Source of the DNA: Vulcanimicrobiota bacterium
GTDB taxonomy: Bacteria; Vulcanimicrobiota; Vulcanimicrobiia; Eremiobacterales; Eremiobacteraceae
Direction: 5' to 3'
Length of the DNA: 64,000 nucleotides
Assembly (NCBI GenBank): GCA_963805945.1
Contig: CAWDVP010000003.1
Location: 64,001-128,000 of the forward strand
The position numbers and the translations under genes were made by a program. Below the pieces are notes generated by a model. That model searched no databases. It was not told the origin of the DNA and worked only from the letters and a program-made list of their open reading frames with translations. Of this stretch, positions 10,622-20,829 are shown one piece after another (the first letter of the stretch is position 1; each line of letters opens with the position of its first letter).

Positions 10622-11779
10622 ATGCGTATCGATGCGGACCCGATGCTCGCGCGCAGAGCCGAATTTCCCATCCTCTCCACCTGCACGTATCTCATCAGCA
10701 ACTCGCTCGGCGCGATGCCCGCGCGCACCGCGGACCGGCTCGCCGAATACGCCGCGACCTGGGCGACGCGCGGCGCGGTCGCCTGGGATGAGTGGATGGG
10801 TTTGGCGGGGCGCGTCGCCGATCTGGCGGGCGGGCTCATCGGCGCAGCGCCCGGCGAGACGACGATGATGCAGAACGTATCGCAGTGCGAATCCGTGCTC
10901 ATCTCATGCTTGGATTTCTCCGGGCCGCGCAACAAGGTCGTCTACACCGAGCTCGAGTTCCCGACCGTCCACTACGATTGGCAGGCGCAGACGCGGCGCG
11001 GCGCGCGCATCGAGGTGGTGCCCAGCGCCGACGGCATCTCGGTCGACCCGCAGGCGATCTGCGACGCCATCGACGAGCGCACCATCGCCGTGCCGATCTC
11101 GCACGTGCTCTTCCGTTCGAGCGCGCTGTGCGACATCGCGCCGATCGTCGAGAAGGCGCATCGCGTCGGCGCGTACGTCTTCCTCGACGTGTTCCAATCG
11201 GTCGGCAGCGTGCCGATCGATGTGAGGGCGCTCGGCGTGGACGCGTGCGTCGGCGGTTGCCTCAAGTGGCTGTGCGGGGGGCCGGGCGCCGCGTTTCTCT
11301 GGGTGCGCCCCGACCTGTATGCGACCCTCGTGCCGACGATGGTCGGCTGGTTCGGCCACAAGCGACCGTTCGATTTCGACATGGCGGCTTTCGAGCCGGC
11401 CGACGATGCGTGGCGCTTCGCCGGCGGCACGTCGAACATCCCCGCGCTGTACGCCGCGCGCAGCGGGCTCGAGATCATCGGCGAGGTCGGCGTGGAGAAC
11501 ATCCGCGCGCGCAGCGTCGAGCTGACGTCCTTCGCGATCGAGCGCGCGCTGGCGGCGGGGTTCTCCGTGCGCACGCCGTTGCCGGCGAGCGAGCGCGGTG
11601 GACACGTGACGGTCGACCTGCCTGATGCCCGCCGCGCCTGCGACGAACTGATCCGGCGCGGCTTCATCGTCGACTATCGTCCGCTCGCCGGCATCCGCAT
11701 CGCACCGCACTTCTACAACAGCCGCGATGAGGTGGCGGCGGTCTTCGACGAATTGGCGGCGATCCGCGATGGCCGTTGA
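10622..11779 (+). CDS. kynureninase-like class V PLP aminotransferase
   Basis: YLISNSLGAMP, EFPT, DVFQSVG, KWLCGGPG; start reassigned to MRIDADP. Confidence 0.8.
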   Translation: MRIDADPMLARRAEFPILSTCTYLISNSLGAMPARTADRLAEYAATWATRGAVAWDEWMGLAGRVADLAGGLIGAAPGETTMMQNVSQCESVLISCLDFSGPRNKVVYTELEFPTVHYDWQAQTRRGARIEVVPSADGISVDPQAICDAIDERTIAVPISHVLFRSSALCDIAPIVEKAHRVGAYVFLDVFQSVGSVPIDVRALGVDACVGGCLKWLCGGPGAAFLWVRPDLYATLVPTMVGWFGHKRPFDFDMAAFEPADDAWRFAGGTSNIPALYAARSGLEIIGEVGVENIRARSVELTSFAIERALAAGFSVRTPLPASERGGHVTVDLPDARRACDELIRRGFIVDYRPLAGIRIAPHFYNSRDEVAAVFDELAAIRDGR

Positions 11780-13028
11780 CGTCGTCGTCGTCGGCGCCGG
11801 GCCGGGCGGCTCGGCCGCCGCGCATTGGCTCGCGCGAGCGGGCGCGAAGGTCGCGCTGCTCGAGCGCGCACGCTTTCCGCGCGACAAGAGCTGCGGCGAC
11901 GGCATCACCGCGCACGCGGTCGACATCCTCGCCGACATGGGCGTCGGCTTCGAGTCCTTCGGCGGCAAAGGCGCGCGCACGTTCGGCGGTTTGATCGGCG
12001 GTCCCGGCGGCGGTTCGTTCGCTGCTGCGCCGCCGCCCGATGCGAACGGCGCGCGTGTGGAGTGCTGGGTCGTGCCGCGCACGCTGTTGGACGAGACGCT
12101 CGCACGCGCGGCCGTTGCGGCTGGCGCATCGCTGCGCGAGGAGACGGTCTTCACCGGCCTCGTGCGGCGCGACGGCGCGGTATGCGGCGTCGAGTATGCG
12201 GATAGTCGCGGCGGCGGGCGGATCGACTGCGCGCTGGTCATCGGCGCCGACGGCGCGCACTCCGCGGTCGCGCACGCGCTTGGGCTGGCGGAGAACCGGC
12301 CCGCGCATCTCGGCTACGCGCTGCGCGGTTACTACGCCGGGGTCGAAGGCCTCAGCGACACACTCGAGATCTACTACCACGACCGGCACAACTTGCCTGG
12401 CTACGGGTGGATCTTCCCCGCCGGCGACGGCCTCGCCAACATCGGCATCGGCATCTTCTCCGGCGAGCTGCGCCGATCGAAGAAGAAGATGCGCGGATTG
12501 CTCGAGGACTTTCTCGTCGCGACGCCGGCCATCGCGCAGCGCTGCCGCGCCGCCACGCCGGTCGGCCGCGCCATCGGCTGGCCGCTGCCGATGGCGAGCT
12601 CGCATCGGCCGACGGTCTTCGACGGCGTGCTGCTGGTCGGGGATGCCGCCTCGCTCGTCGACCCGCTCACCGGCGAGGGGATCTACACCGCGCTCGTGTC
12701 CGGCCGCAGCGCCGCGCGGGCGGCGCTCCACGCGCTCGCTGTCGGCAGCACGACGCGCGATGCGCTGCGCTCGCACGAACGCGAGTGGCGCGCGGAAGCG
12801 GGAGGCTATCTCTCGTCGGGGCGGCTGCTCAAGAACTTGGCCAAGAGCGCGACGCTGCTCGACCTCGTCGTGCGCCGCGCAGGGGAGAGCGAATACTACG
12901 CGAGCAGGGCCATCGGCTATGGCTTGGGCACGCTGGACCGCCGGCGGGCGCTGCGCTCGATCGTGTTGAAGGCGCTCTTACAGCCCTCATTCTTCAGCCT
13001 GAAACCTTTGCGTCAATCGCCGATATAG
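11769..13028 (+). CDS. geranylgeranyl reductase family FAD oxidoreductase
   Basis: VGAGPGG, FPRDKSCGDG, GYGWIFP, GDAASLVDPLTGEGI. Confidence 0.88.
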   Translation: MAVDVVVVGAGPGGSAAAHWLARAGAKVALLERARFPRDKSCGDGITAHAVDILADMGVGFESFGGKGARTFGGLIGGPGGGSFAAAPPPDANGARVECWVVPRTLLDETLARAAVAAGASLREETVFTGLVRRDGAVCGVEYADSRGGGRIDCALVIGADGAHSAVAHALGLAENRPAHLGYALRGYYAGVEGLSDTLEIYYHDRHNLPGYGWIFPAGDGLANIGIGIFSGELRRSKKKMRGLLEDFLVATPAIAQRCRAATPVGRAIGWPLPMASSHRPTVFDGVLLVGDAASLVDPLTGEGIYTALVSGRSAARAALHALAVGSTTRDALRSHEREWRAEAGGYLSSGRLLKNLAKSATLLDLVVRRAGESEYYASRAIGYGLGTLDRRRALRSIVLKALLQPSFFSLKPLRQSPI

Positions 13029-13037
13029 AGAGATGCC

Positions 13038-13475
13038 ATGAACGACGAGCCGCAGCCCTCACTGCCCCCCGTTGAGCCCGCGCCCTCTGCCGCGCCTGCG
13101 CCGGCGGCCGTCGAACGTCCGCCGGTAGATGCGAGCGTCGCGGAAGCCCGCACGTGGGCGATGCTCACGCATCTGTCAGCGCTCACCGGCTTCATCGGCG
13201 TGCCGTTCGGCCACGTCATCGGCCCGCTCATCATGTGGGCGATCAAGAAAGACAAATTCCCGTTCGTCGACGATCAAGGGAAAGAGGCGCTCAACTTCCA
13301 GATCTCGATGACCATCTACGGCGCGGTCGCGGGCGTGCTGTGCTTCGTGGTCATCGGCATCCCATTGCTCATCGCGCTCGTGATCACCGACGTCATCCTG
13401 ACCGTCATCGCGGCGATCGCCGCGAACGAGGGCAAGACGTACCGCTACCCGATCACCATCCGCCTCGTCACCTAG
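13038..13475 (+). CDS. DUF4870 family membrane protein
   Basis: WAMLTHLS, FVDDQGKEALNFQIS, YRYP. Confidence 0.85.
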   Translation: MNDEPQPSLPPVEPAPSAAPAPAAVERPPVDASVAEARTWAMLTHLSALTGFIGVPFGHVIGPLIMWAIKKDKFPFVDDQGKEALNFQISMTIYGAVAGVLCFVVIGIPLLIALVITDVILTVIAAIAANEGKTYRYPITIRLVT

Positions 13476-14127
13476 TCCTCTTCGGCTTCGCCGCCTTCAG
13501 GAAACGCTTCGCGCTCGGGCACAGGTCCACGAGCACGCATGTGGCGCACGCCGGCATGCGCGCGTGGCACACGCGGCGGCCGTGATGGATGAGCCAGTGG
13601 TGCGCATCCGACCACTCGGCTTGCGGCACGATCTTCATCAACTGCTGTTCGGTCTGCGCGGGCGTCTTCGCGCGCGCGAGGCCGGTGCGGTTGGCGACGC
13701 GAAAGACATGCGTGTCCACCGCGATCGCGTCGCGGTCGAAGCCGACCGAGAGCACGACGTTCGCGGTCTTGCGTCCGACGCCCGGCAGCGCCAGCAAGTC
13801 GTCCATCGTGTTGGGCACCGCGCCGCCGAAGCGCTCCACGATCATGCGGCTCGCAGCGACGATGTTCTTGGCCTTGGTGGTGAAGAGCCCACACGTCCGG
13901 ATGAACGGTTCGAGATCGTGCGGCTCGAGCGCGGCCATCGCCTCGGCGGTCGGGAAACGCGCGAACAGCGCAGGCGTCACCATGTTGACGCGCGCGTCGG
14001 TGCACTGCGCGGACAGCATCACCGCGACGAGCAGCTGGAACGTGTCGCCGAAATGCAGCGCGGTCTCCGCGCCGGCGTACTCTCTGCGCAGCCGGTCGAG
14101 GATCGCCTGCGTCCGCTGCGGACTTGG
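13468..14127 (-). CDS. nth: endonuclease III (start uncertain)
   Basis: LSAQCTD, LPGVGRKTANVV HhH, AVDTHVFR, 4Fe-4S Cys cluster; homology (TALHFGDTFQLLVAV) extends upstream of the called start at 14022. Confidence 0.88.
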   Translation of the reverse strand, partial: PSPQRTQAILDRLRREYAGAETALHFGDTFQLLVAVMLSAQCTDARVNMVTPALFARFPTAEAMAALEPHDLEPFIRTCGLFTTKAKNIVAASRMIVERFGGAVPNTMDDLLALPGVGRKTANVVLSVGFDRDAIAVDTHVFRVANRTGLARAKTPAQTEQQLMKIVPQAEWSDAHHWLIHHGRRVCHARMPACATCVLVDLCPSAKRFLKAAKPKRTR

Positions 14128-15024
14128 TCAGGGCAGGCGGACGCGCGCCTTGTTCCGGTCGAAGACGACGAGTCCGTCGCGTTCGAGATCGTCGAGCAGT
14201 TGGGCGAGCCACGCGATGTCGGTTTTGCCAAAGTCGGCCTTCACCTGCGGCCCCAGCCGCAGCAGGCTCATGCTCGGGCGCCGCGTGAGCGCCCGGATCG
14301 CCGCGCCGCGGTGCTGCCGTCGCGAACCGCGATACGCGCGCTGACGCGGTCGTCGCGCGACGCGCGCTCGTCGCTGGCGCTGCGCGTCGGACAGGGCCAC
14401 CCAGGCGCATGCGCGCTGCGCTGGGCACCCGCCGCACAGCGGCGTCGCACGGCAGAAGAGCGCGCCGATATCCATGAGCGCGTGGTTCCACGCAGCCGCG
14501 TCGCGCGGCAGCGCCGCGTGCGCCAGCCCCCACGCCTTGCGATCGCCGGCGTCGTCGACCGCGAGCAGCGCGCGCGACAGCACACGCCGGATGTTCACGT
14601 CGACGGCCGCCTCTGCGGCGCCGAAGGCGAAGCTCGCGACCGCGGCCGCGGTGTAGCGGCCGACGCCGGGCAGTCCGCGCAGCGCGGCGACGTCGCGCGG
14701 CACGCGGCCGCTGTGCTCGCGCATGATGGCGCGCGCGCATTCCCACAAGCGCCGCGCGCGCGAGTTATAGCCGAGCCCCGACCACGCGTGGAGCACGTCG
14801 CGCAGCGGGGCGGCGGCGAGCCGCGCGATGGTCGGGAAACGCGCGAGGAACTCGCGGTACTTGGGGATGACGCGCGCGACCTGCGTCTGCTGCAGCATGA
14901 ACTCGGAGACGAGGATGGCGTATGGGTCGCGGGTGCGCCGCCATGGCAGGTCACGCCCGTGGCGGGCGTACCAGCCGAGGATCGACTTGTGTAGGGGCCG
15001 ATCTTTAGATCGGCCCGGAGCCAA
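14128..15024 (-). CDS. mutY: A/G-specific adenine glycosylase, short form without MutT-like domain
   Basis: WYARHGRDLPWR, SEFMLQQTQV, GLGYNSRARRL, LPGVGRYTA, Cys cluster; nearest plausible start is TTG at 15024. Confidence 0.88.
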   Translation of the reverse strand: MAPGRSKDRPLHKSILGWYARHGRDLPWRRTRDPYAILVSEFMLQQTQVARVIPKYREFLARFPTIARLAAAPLRDVLHAWSGLGYNSRARRLWECARAIMREHSGRVPRDVAALRGLPGVGRYTAAAVASFAFGAAEAAVDVNIRRVLSRALLAVDDAGDRKAWGLAHAALPRDAAAWNHALMDIGALFCRATPLCGGCPAQRACAWVALSDAQRQRRARVARRPRQRAYRGSRRQHRGAAIRALTRRPSMSLLRLGPQVKADFGKTDIAWLAQLLDDLERDGLVVFDRNKARVRLP

Positions 15025-15060
15025 CGCAGACGAGGGTCGATCTAAAGATCGACCCGCTAC
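14991..15060. repeat. inverted REP doublet (REPIN-like), family A
   Basis: GTAGGGGCCGATCTTTAGATCGGCCC at 14991-15016 and the reverse complement of GTAGCGGGTCGATCTTTAGATCGACCC at 15034-15060. Confidence 0.9.
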
Positions 15061-15070
15061 ATGGGTGTTC

Positions 15071-15853
15071 CTAGATGGTGATCGAGCCTTCAAGGTACAG
15101 CGCCGCGCGCCCGCCGATCGCCACTCGGTCGCCGAGATCCTCGCAGAACACCTCGCCGCCGCGCGGCGAGAGCTGGAGCCCACGTAACGGGTTGCGATCG
15201 AGCCGCTTGGACCAGTACGGGATGAGCGTGCAGTGCGCGGAGCCGGTGACCGGATCCTCGGGGATGCCCTGGCGCGGCGCGAAGAAGCGGGAGACGAAAT
15301 CCGCGTCGGAGCCGGGCGCGGTGCAGATGAGCGCGCGCACGTTGTCGATGCCTGCGAGCAGCGCCATGTCCGGTTTGAGCGCGCGGATGTCCGCTTCGGT
15401 CTCGTACACCGCCATATAATCGGCGGCGATCAGCACAGACGTGGGCTTGACGTTGAGCGCTTGAAGCAGCGCCGCGGGCGGCTCGCACGGCTTCGGAGGG
15501 CGCGCCGGGAAGTTCATCATCAGCGTCAGGTCCTGCGCCTTCACCTCAAGCGCTCCGCTCTTGGAGGTGAACGTCACCGAGGTGCGGCCGGGCTCGAGCC
15601 GGTTGAAGACCGCGAACGCGCTCGCCAGCGTCGCGTGGCCGCAGAGTTCGACCTCGACGGCTGGCGTGAACCAGCGGATCCCGTATTGCGTTCCTTCCTG
15701 CACGAGAAACGCCGTTTCGGAGAGGTTGTTCTCGAGTGCGATCGACTGCAACACCGCGTCGGGCAGCCACGCGGGCAGCGGCACCACCGCCGCGGGATTG
15801 CCGCCGAAGACGCGGCCGCTGAAGGCATCGATTTGGTAGAGCGGAAGTTTCAT
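15071..15853 (-). CDS. PhzF family isomerase
   Basis: QIDAF, GNPAAV, NLSETAF, RWFTP, LCGHATLA, EDPVTGSAH. Confidence 0.92.
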   Translation of the reverse strand: MKLPLYQIDAFSGRVFGGNPAAVVPLPAWLPDAVLQSIALENNLSETAFLVQEGTQYGIRWFTPAVEVELCGHATLASAFAVFNRLEPGRTSVTFTSKSGALEVKAQDLTLMMNFPARPPKPCEPPAALLQALNVKPTSVLIAADYMAVYETEADIRALKPDMALLAGIDNVRALICTAPGSDADFVSRFFAPRQGIPEDPVTGSAHCTLIPYWSKRLDRNPLRGLQLSPRGGEVFCEDLGDRVAIGGRAALYLEGSITI

Positions 15854-15888
15854 TTGGGTTTCGACTTCGCTCCGGCGCGACGGGAATC

Positions 15889-15929
15889 CCCGAGCTTCGC
15901 TCGGACGGTCGAATAAATTCGACCGCTAC
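15889..15929 (-). repeat. composite hairpins: family C (CCCGAGCTTCGCTCGGAC) abutting family B REP (GTAGCGGTCGAATTTATTCGACCG)
   Basis: family C 18-mer recurs reverse-complemented at 58895-58912; family B recurs at 25317, 29708, 37630 and 46574. Confidence 0.75.
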
Positions 15930-15973
15930 AACCGTACTAAGCTTTGACCGTTCCCGACGGACGAATGGAGACA

Positions 15974-16786
15974 ATGAGCGCACGCATCTGGCTCGGCGCG
16001 ATGGGCTGGCAAGAGAAAGACTGGGTCGGTCCGTTCTATCCGGACGGCGCGGCCGGCAAGAACATGCTCGCGCACTACGGCCGCGCGCTGAAGACCGTCG
16101 AGATCGATTCGTCGTTTTACGGCCGGCCGCGCGCGTCGAGCATCGAAGAATGGGGCGCGGCCGTGCCGGACAGTTTCCGCTTCGCGCTCAAAGTGCCGTC
16201 CGAGGTCACGCACAAACGCCGTTTCAAGGATGCCGGCGAGCCGTTCCGTTTCTTCGTCGAGCGCGTGCGCGGCCTCGGGACGAAGCTCGGCGCGATCCTG
16301 CTGCAATGCCCGCCGGACTTCGCGCCGAGCGCCGGCAACCGCAGCAAGCTCTTCGAGTTCCTCGAGACGCAGCTGCCCGACGATGTCAACGTCGCGCTCG
16401 AGCTACGCGACGCGGGCTGGTTCGACGACGCGCTGTTCGGGCTCGCGCGCGATAAGCGTTTTGCGATAGCGGCCACCGAGAGCGAGCGTTTCGACGTCGC
16501 ATTGGCGGCCGACATCCTCGAGCGCCAGCGCGGCGGCGCGCCGTTCGCGTATCTGCGTTGGATGAGTGACGAGCAGTTCGAGCACTTCGATCGCATCCGC
16601 ATCGATCGCACGGCATCGCTCGACGCGTGGACGGCGCTCATCGAGCGCATCCGCGGCGAACTGACGGATATCTACGGATACGTCAGCGATGATTACGCGG
16701 GGCACGCGCCGGCGACGATCCGCGACCTGCTCGCCCGGCTCGGCGAAGCCGCGCCGACCGACATCACCACCCCGCGGCTCTTCTAA
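15974..16786 (+). CDS. DUF72 family protein
   Basis: WVGPFYP, TVEIDSSFY, FRFALKVP, LLQCPP, ELRD, YLRW. Confidence 0.88.
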   Translation: MSARIWLGAMGWQEKDWVGPFYPDGAAGKNMLAHYGRALKTVEIDSSFYGRPRASSIEEWGAAVPDSFRFALKVPSEVTHKRRFKDAGEPFRFFVERVRGLGTKLGAILLQCPPDFAPSAGNRSKLFEFLETQLPDDVNVALELRDAGWFDDALFGLARDKRFAIAATESERFDVALAADILERQRGGAPFAYLRWMSDEQFEHFDRIRIDRTASLDAWTALIERIRGELTDIYGYVSDDYAGHAPATIRDLLARLGEAAPTDITTPRLF

Positions 16787-16859
16787 CGCAGGCACAGCGC
16801 CGCGACTGTTGGAATGACACAGGATAGCCGATAGAGTCGACAAAGGCAGATATCTGAAG

Positions 16860-18647
16860 TTGATAGTGAATGAGATCGAGGTGCTCTTCGGCGGCCAAGC
16901 CGGAGACGGCAGCCTCACCACCGGCGATCTGATCGCCACCGTCTTCAAGCGCATGGGCCTGGACGTGTACACGTTCAAGGACTTCCCTTCGCGCATCCGC
17001 GGCGGCCACACCAACTACGTCATCCGCGCCGGGCGAACATCCGCACTACGGCCTCGCCGACTTCGTCGACGCGCTGGTCGCGTTCGACCTCGAGTGCGTG
17101 CAGAAGCACATCGAGGAGATGCGCCCCGGCGGCTTCGTCATCTTCGACAACACCGACGAACAGCTCACCGATGCGGTGAAGCGCGACGACGTGCACTTCT
17201 ACGAAGTGCCGCTCGCCAAGATCGCGAAAGAAGATCTCGGGCTCGAACTCGTGCGCAACACCATCTCGCTCGGCGTGCTGAGCCAGCTCATCGGCATGGA
17301 TCCGGCGATCGTGCGGACGACGTCATCACGCGCCAGTACGAGCGCAAAGGCGAGAAGGTCGTCGACGCAGAACATCGCGCGCGATCGAGGCCGGCGAGCA
17401 GTACGTCAAAGACCATTTCCCGCGGCCGAGCGGCTACGGCTTGTCGGCACGCCCCGACGTCGATCGCCTCATCATGATGGGCAACGACGCGATCGCGCTA
17501 CGGCGCGCTCGTCGGCCGGCTGCCGCTTCATGGCCGGCTATCCGATCACGCCCGCGACCGACATCCTCGAATGGATGGCCAAGCACGCGCCCAAGTTCGG
17601 CGGCGTGGTGATGCAGGCCGAAGACGAGCTCGCCGCCATCAACATGATCATCGGCGCGGCGTTTGCGGGCACGCGCGCGATGACCTCGACCTCGGGCCCC
17701 GGCCAAGCGCTCATGACCGAAGGCATCGGCCTGGCCGGCGTGACTGGAGATCGCCGATCGTCATCGTCGAATGCGCGCGCGCCGGTCCGTCGACCGGCAT
17801 GCCGACGAAGACCGAGCAGAGCAATCTCAACCATCTCATCTTCTCCGGACACGGCGAGATCCCGAAAGTCGTGCTCGCGCCGGGCACCGTCGAAGAATCG
17901 TTCTATCTCACCGTCACGGCGTTCAACCTCGCCGAGAAGTACCAGCTGCCGGTGTTCATCATCAGCGAGCAGGCGCTGTGCCAGAGCAAGGAGACGCTGC
18001 CGAAGATCGACATCAGCGCGGTGACCGGTCGATCGCGGCAAGCTGCATCGCAACGGCCCGCTCACCTTCGGCGAATACAAGCGCTTCGAGTTCACCGCCG
18101 ACGGCGTCTCGCCGCGCGCCATCCCGGGCACCGAAGGCGGCATGCACCTCGTGCCGGGCTCCGAGCACAACGATGCCGGCGTCATCACCGAGGATGCGCG
18201 CAACCGCGTCAAGATCATGGACAAGCGGATGCGCAAGCTCGAGACGATGCGCGCCGACCTGCCCAAGGCGAACGTGCTCGGCGACACGCGCGCCAAGGTC
18301 GCGTTCATCGGCTACGGCAGCAACCGCGGGCCGATCTCCGAAGCGCAGGACCGGCTCGCCGCGGCGGGTACGCCGACGCGCTTCCTGCAGCTGCGCACGC
18401 TGTGGCCGTTCCCCGAGCAGACAGGTGCGCGACTTCGTCGCCGGCGCCGAGCACGTCTTCGTCGTCGAGAACAACTATCACGGGGCAGCTCGAGCGGCTG
18501 GTCCGCTACGTCGTCGGGCCGCTGCCGCACATGCACCGCGTGCTCAAGTACAACGGCCGGCCGTTCCGGCCGATCGAGATCATCGAGCCGGTCCAGGGCG
18601 TCATGCCGCATCGAACGGCCCCACGTCCGCGCGCACCACATCTGTAG
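16860..18647 (+). CDS. korA: 2-oxoacid:ferredoxin oxidoreductase alpha subunit (multiple frameshifts, probably sequence errors)
   Basis: GGQAGDG, SRIRGGH, GYPITPAT, QAEDELAA, TSGPG, GPSTGMPTKTEQS and LWPFP are spread over several frames. Confidence 0.85.
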
Positions 18648-18684
18648 CGGCGACGTTAGTCCGACTAGTGGCAGGACGACGTAA

Positions 18685-19556
18685 GTGGCCACGCGATCAC
18701 CCCCAAAGATTTCGCCACCGCGACGCCGTCGTGGTGGTGCGCCGGCTGCGGCGACTTCGGCGTGCTCTCCGCGCTCAAGCAGGCGTGGCGGACCTCGGCC
18801 TGCAGCCCAAGGACGTCGCCTTCATCTCCGGCATCGGCTGCTCGGGCAAGATCAGCGGCTACCTGCACTCGTACGCGTTCCACGGCGTGCACGGCCGCGC
18901 GCTGCCGGCCGCGACCGCGGTGAAGCTCGCGAATCGCGACCTGACGCGTCATCGTCGCCGGCGGCGACGGCGACGGCTACGCGATCGGCGCCGGCCACTT
19001 CTTGCACGCGGTGCGCCGCAACCCGAACATGACCTACATCGTCATGGACAATCAGACGTACGGGCTCACCAAGGGCCAGTCGTCGCCGACCAGCGCGACT
19101 CGGCTAGTCTTTCGGGCACGAGCCCGGCCGGCAATCCCGACGCGCCGCTCAACGGCCTCGCCGTCGCGCTCGCGGCCGGCGGCACGTTCCTCGCACGCGG
19201 CTTCTCCTCAGAGCCCAAGGCGATGGTCGAGCTGATCAAAGAGGCGGTCGAACCATCCGGGCTTCGCCATCGTCGAAGTGATGTCGCCCTGCGTGACGTT
19301 CAACAAAATGAACACGTACAAGTGGTTCAAAGAGAACGTCTACCACCTCACCGACATCGAAGGCTATGACGCGGCGAACAAGGCCAAGGCATTCGAGGTG
19401 CTCACGCAGCCGGGTAAGATCCCGCTCGGCGTGTTCTACCGCGAGATCCGCCCGACGCTCGACGAGCTGATGCTCAAAGGGCTGAAGCCGCTCGCGACGC
19501 TCGACATCGAAACGATCGATCCGGGACTCGCCAAATTGCAAGAGGCGTATGCCTAG
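18685..19556 (+). CDS. korB: 2-oxoacid:ferredoxin oxidoreductase beta subunit (frameshifted)
   Basis: [45 protein letters not shown] and SPCVTFN across frames. Confidence 0.85.
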
Positions 19557-19585
19557 GCTGCAATGATCCGCGGAAGGCCTAAAGC

Positions 19586-19620
19586 AAAGCCGGCGTCTAG
19601 CGACGCCAGCTTTATTTTAT
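19586..19620. terminator. likely bidirectional intrinsic terminator
   Basis: AAAGCCGGCGTC-TAGC-GACGCCAGCTTT followed by a T-rich tail, between convergent genes. Confidence 0.65.
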
Positions 19621-19647
19621 GCCTCGACTTGGATGCGCGGCCGATGA

Positions 19648-20574
19648 TTACGGAGCGAAGACCAATCCGCCTGGGAACGTGCCGCTCGAAAAGGTGAACG
19701 ACGGTATCGATGCCCCGCTGAACGGCGGCAGGAACACCCCGACCTTGTTGATGTTGTCGTAGGCGACGTACAAGTTGCCCGACGAATCGAACTGCATGCC
19801 CGACGCGCTTCCGCCCGGCGGTGGAGCGATGGCGAACGCTTGCACGTTGCCCGTCGCGAACGGCGGCTTGAAGACTCGTACCGTGCCGTCGCTCACGCAG
19901 GAGATGAACAGCCAATCGGCCGCGTTCATCTGGGTCTGCAATGGTCGGGCACACGTCGCCAGCACGGCGGCGGCGGTCGGTGTGGCGCTGAAGGGCGGCC
20001 GGAACACATACACCGCCGCAGCGTTGAACTGCGGCACGAGCATTTCACCCGCTCGGTCGAACGAGATCTTCTCCGGATCTGCGAAGGCCGGCGTCGACGA
20101 GGTGATGGTGAAGGCCGGCGCCACGCCGCCGAATGGGGGAGTGAACTCGTACAGCTGCCCGAGGATCTGATCCGCGACCCACATATTGCCGGACGCATCG
20201 AACGTGACCCAGGTGGCTTGGGCGCCAAGCGGAGGGTTGATCGGGCCGGTGGTGGTCAGCGGAGTGCTCGATGCGGTGATCGGCGTGGTGAACTCCAGGA
20301 CCTCGCCAAGATTCTGCACCGACACGAACAGATGACCGTTCGCGGTCGTCGCCACCCCGAACGGCGAGCTCGTGAACGGCATGGTGAGCGTGACGGACGG
20401 GGTCGTGGAAGGACCAGTCGGTTGCGCGTAGCCGGTCACCGAGTTATCACCAAGATTGGCGACGTACAGATGCGGCGGCGGTCCCGGCGGAATCGCGATG
20501 GTCGGGTTCTTATAGCATCCGGCGAGCGACGCCACCGAGAGCGCGGCAAACGCAATGAATGCGAAACGCTTCAC
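19648..20574 (-). CDS. beta-propeller (NHL-like) lipoprotein, paralogue 1
   Basis: GTG after GGAGGG; lipobox LAGC then YKNPTIAIPP; repeated FDxxGNxxV and FxPPF blades. Confidence 0.8.
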   Translation of the reverse strand: MKRFAFIAFAALSVASLAGCYKNPTIAIPPGPPPHLYVANLGDNSVTGYAQPTGPSTTPSVTLTMPFTSSPFGVATTANGHLFVSVQNLGEVLEFTTPITASSTPLTTTGPINPPLGAQATWVTFDASGNMWVADQILGQLYEFTPPFGGVAPAFTITSSTPAFADPEKISFDRAGEMLVPQFNAAAVYVFRPPFSATPTAAAVLATCARPLQTQMNAADWLFISCVSDGTVRVFKPPFATGNVQAFAIAPPPGGSASGMQFDSSGNLYVAYDNINKVGVFLPPFSGASIPSFTFSSGTFPGGLVFAP

Positions 20575-20829
20575 AAGACCCTCCAAATGAATGCAGAAAC
20601 CAGTGTCGGACAAGCCGCAGGTTTCGCCGAGCCGTCGCGCCGCGCCTTGGGTGGCAAGGCGCACCAGTAAAGGGTACGGAAGCCCGGTCCAAAGGGCATC
20701 TTCGAGCCTATCGGGACAAGAGGCGGCGCCTTGGCTAGGACCGAAAGCCAGGCCTGTGAGCGGCGGTCCACACTGCCCGCCGGCCTCTGTTATTGGCTGT
20801 TCGGCCGCATGATGAGGAGATCCGATACC

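Noticed and set aside
18644..18668. GTAGCGGCGACGTTAGTCCGAC after korA as another REP supplying a stop codon
   Set aside because: No good stem, and it lies in the error-rich zone
20580..20810. Hairpin GCGCCTTG-GGTGG-CAAGGCGC in the divergent leader as a riboswitch
   Set aside because: Single stem with no recognisable aptamer consensus
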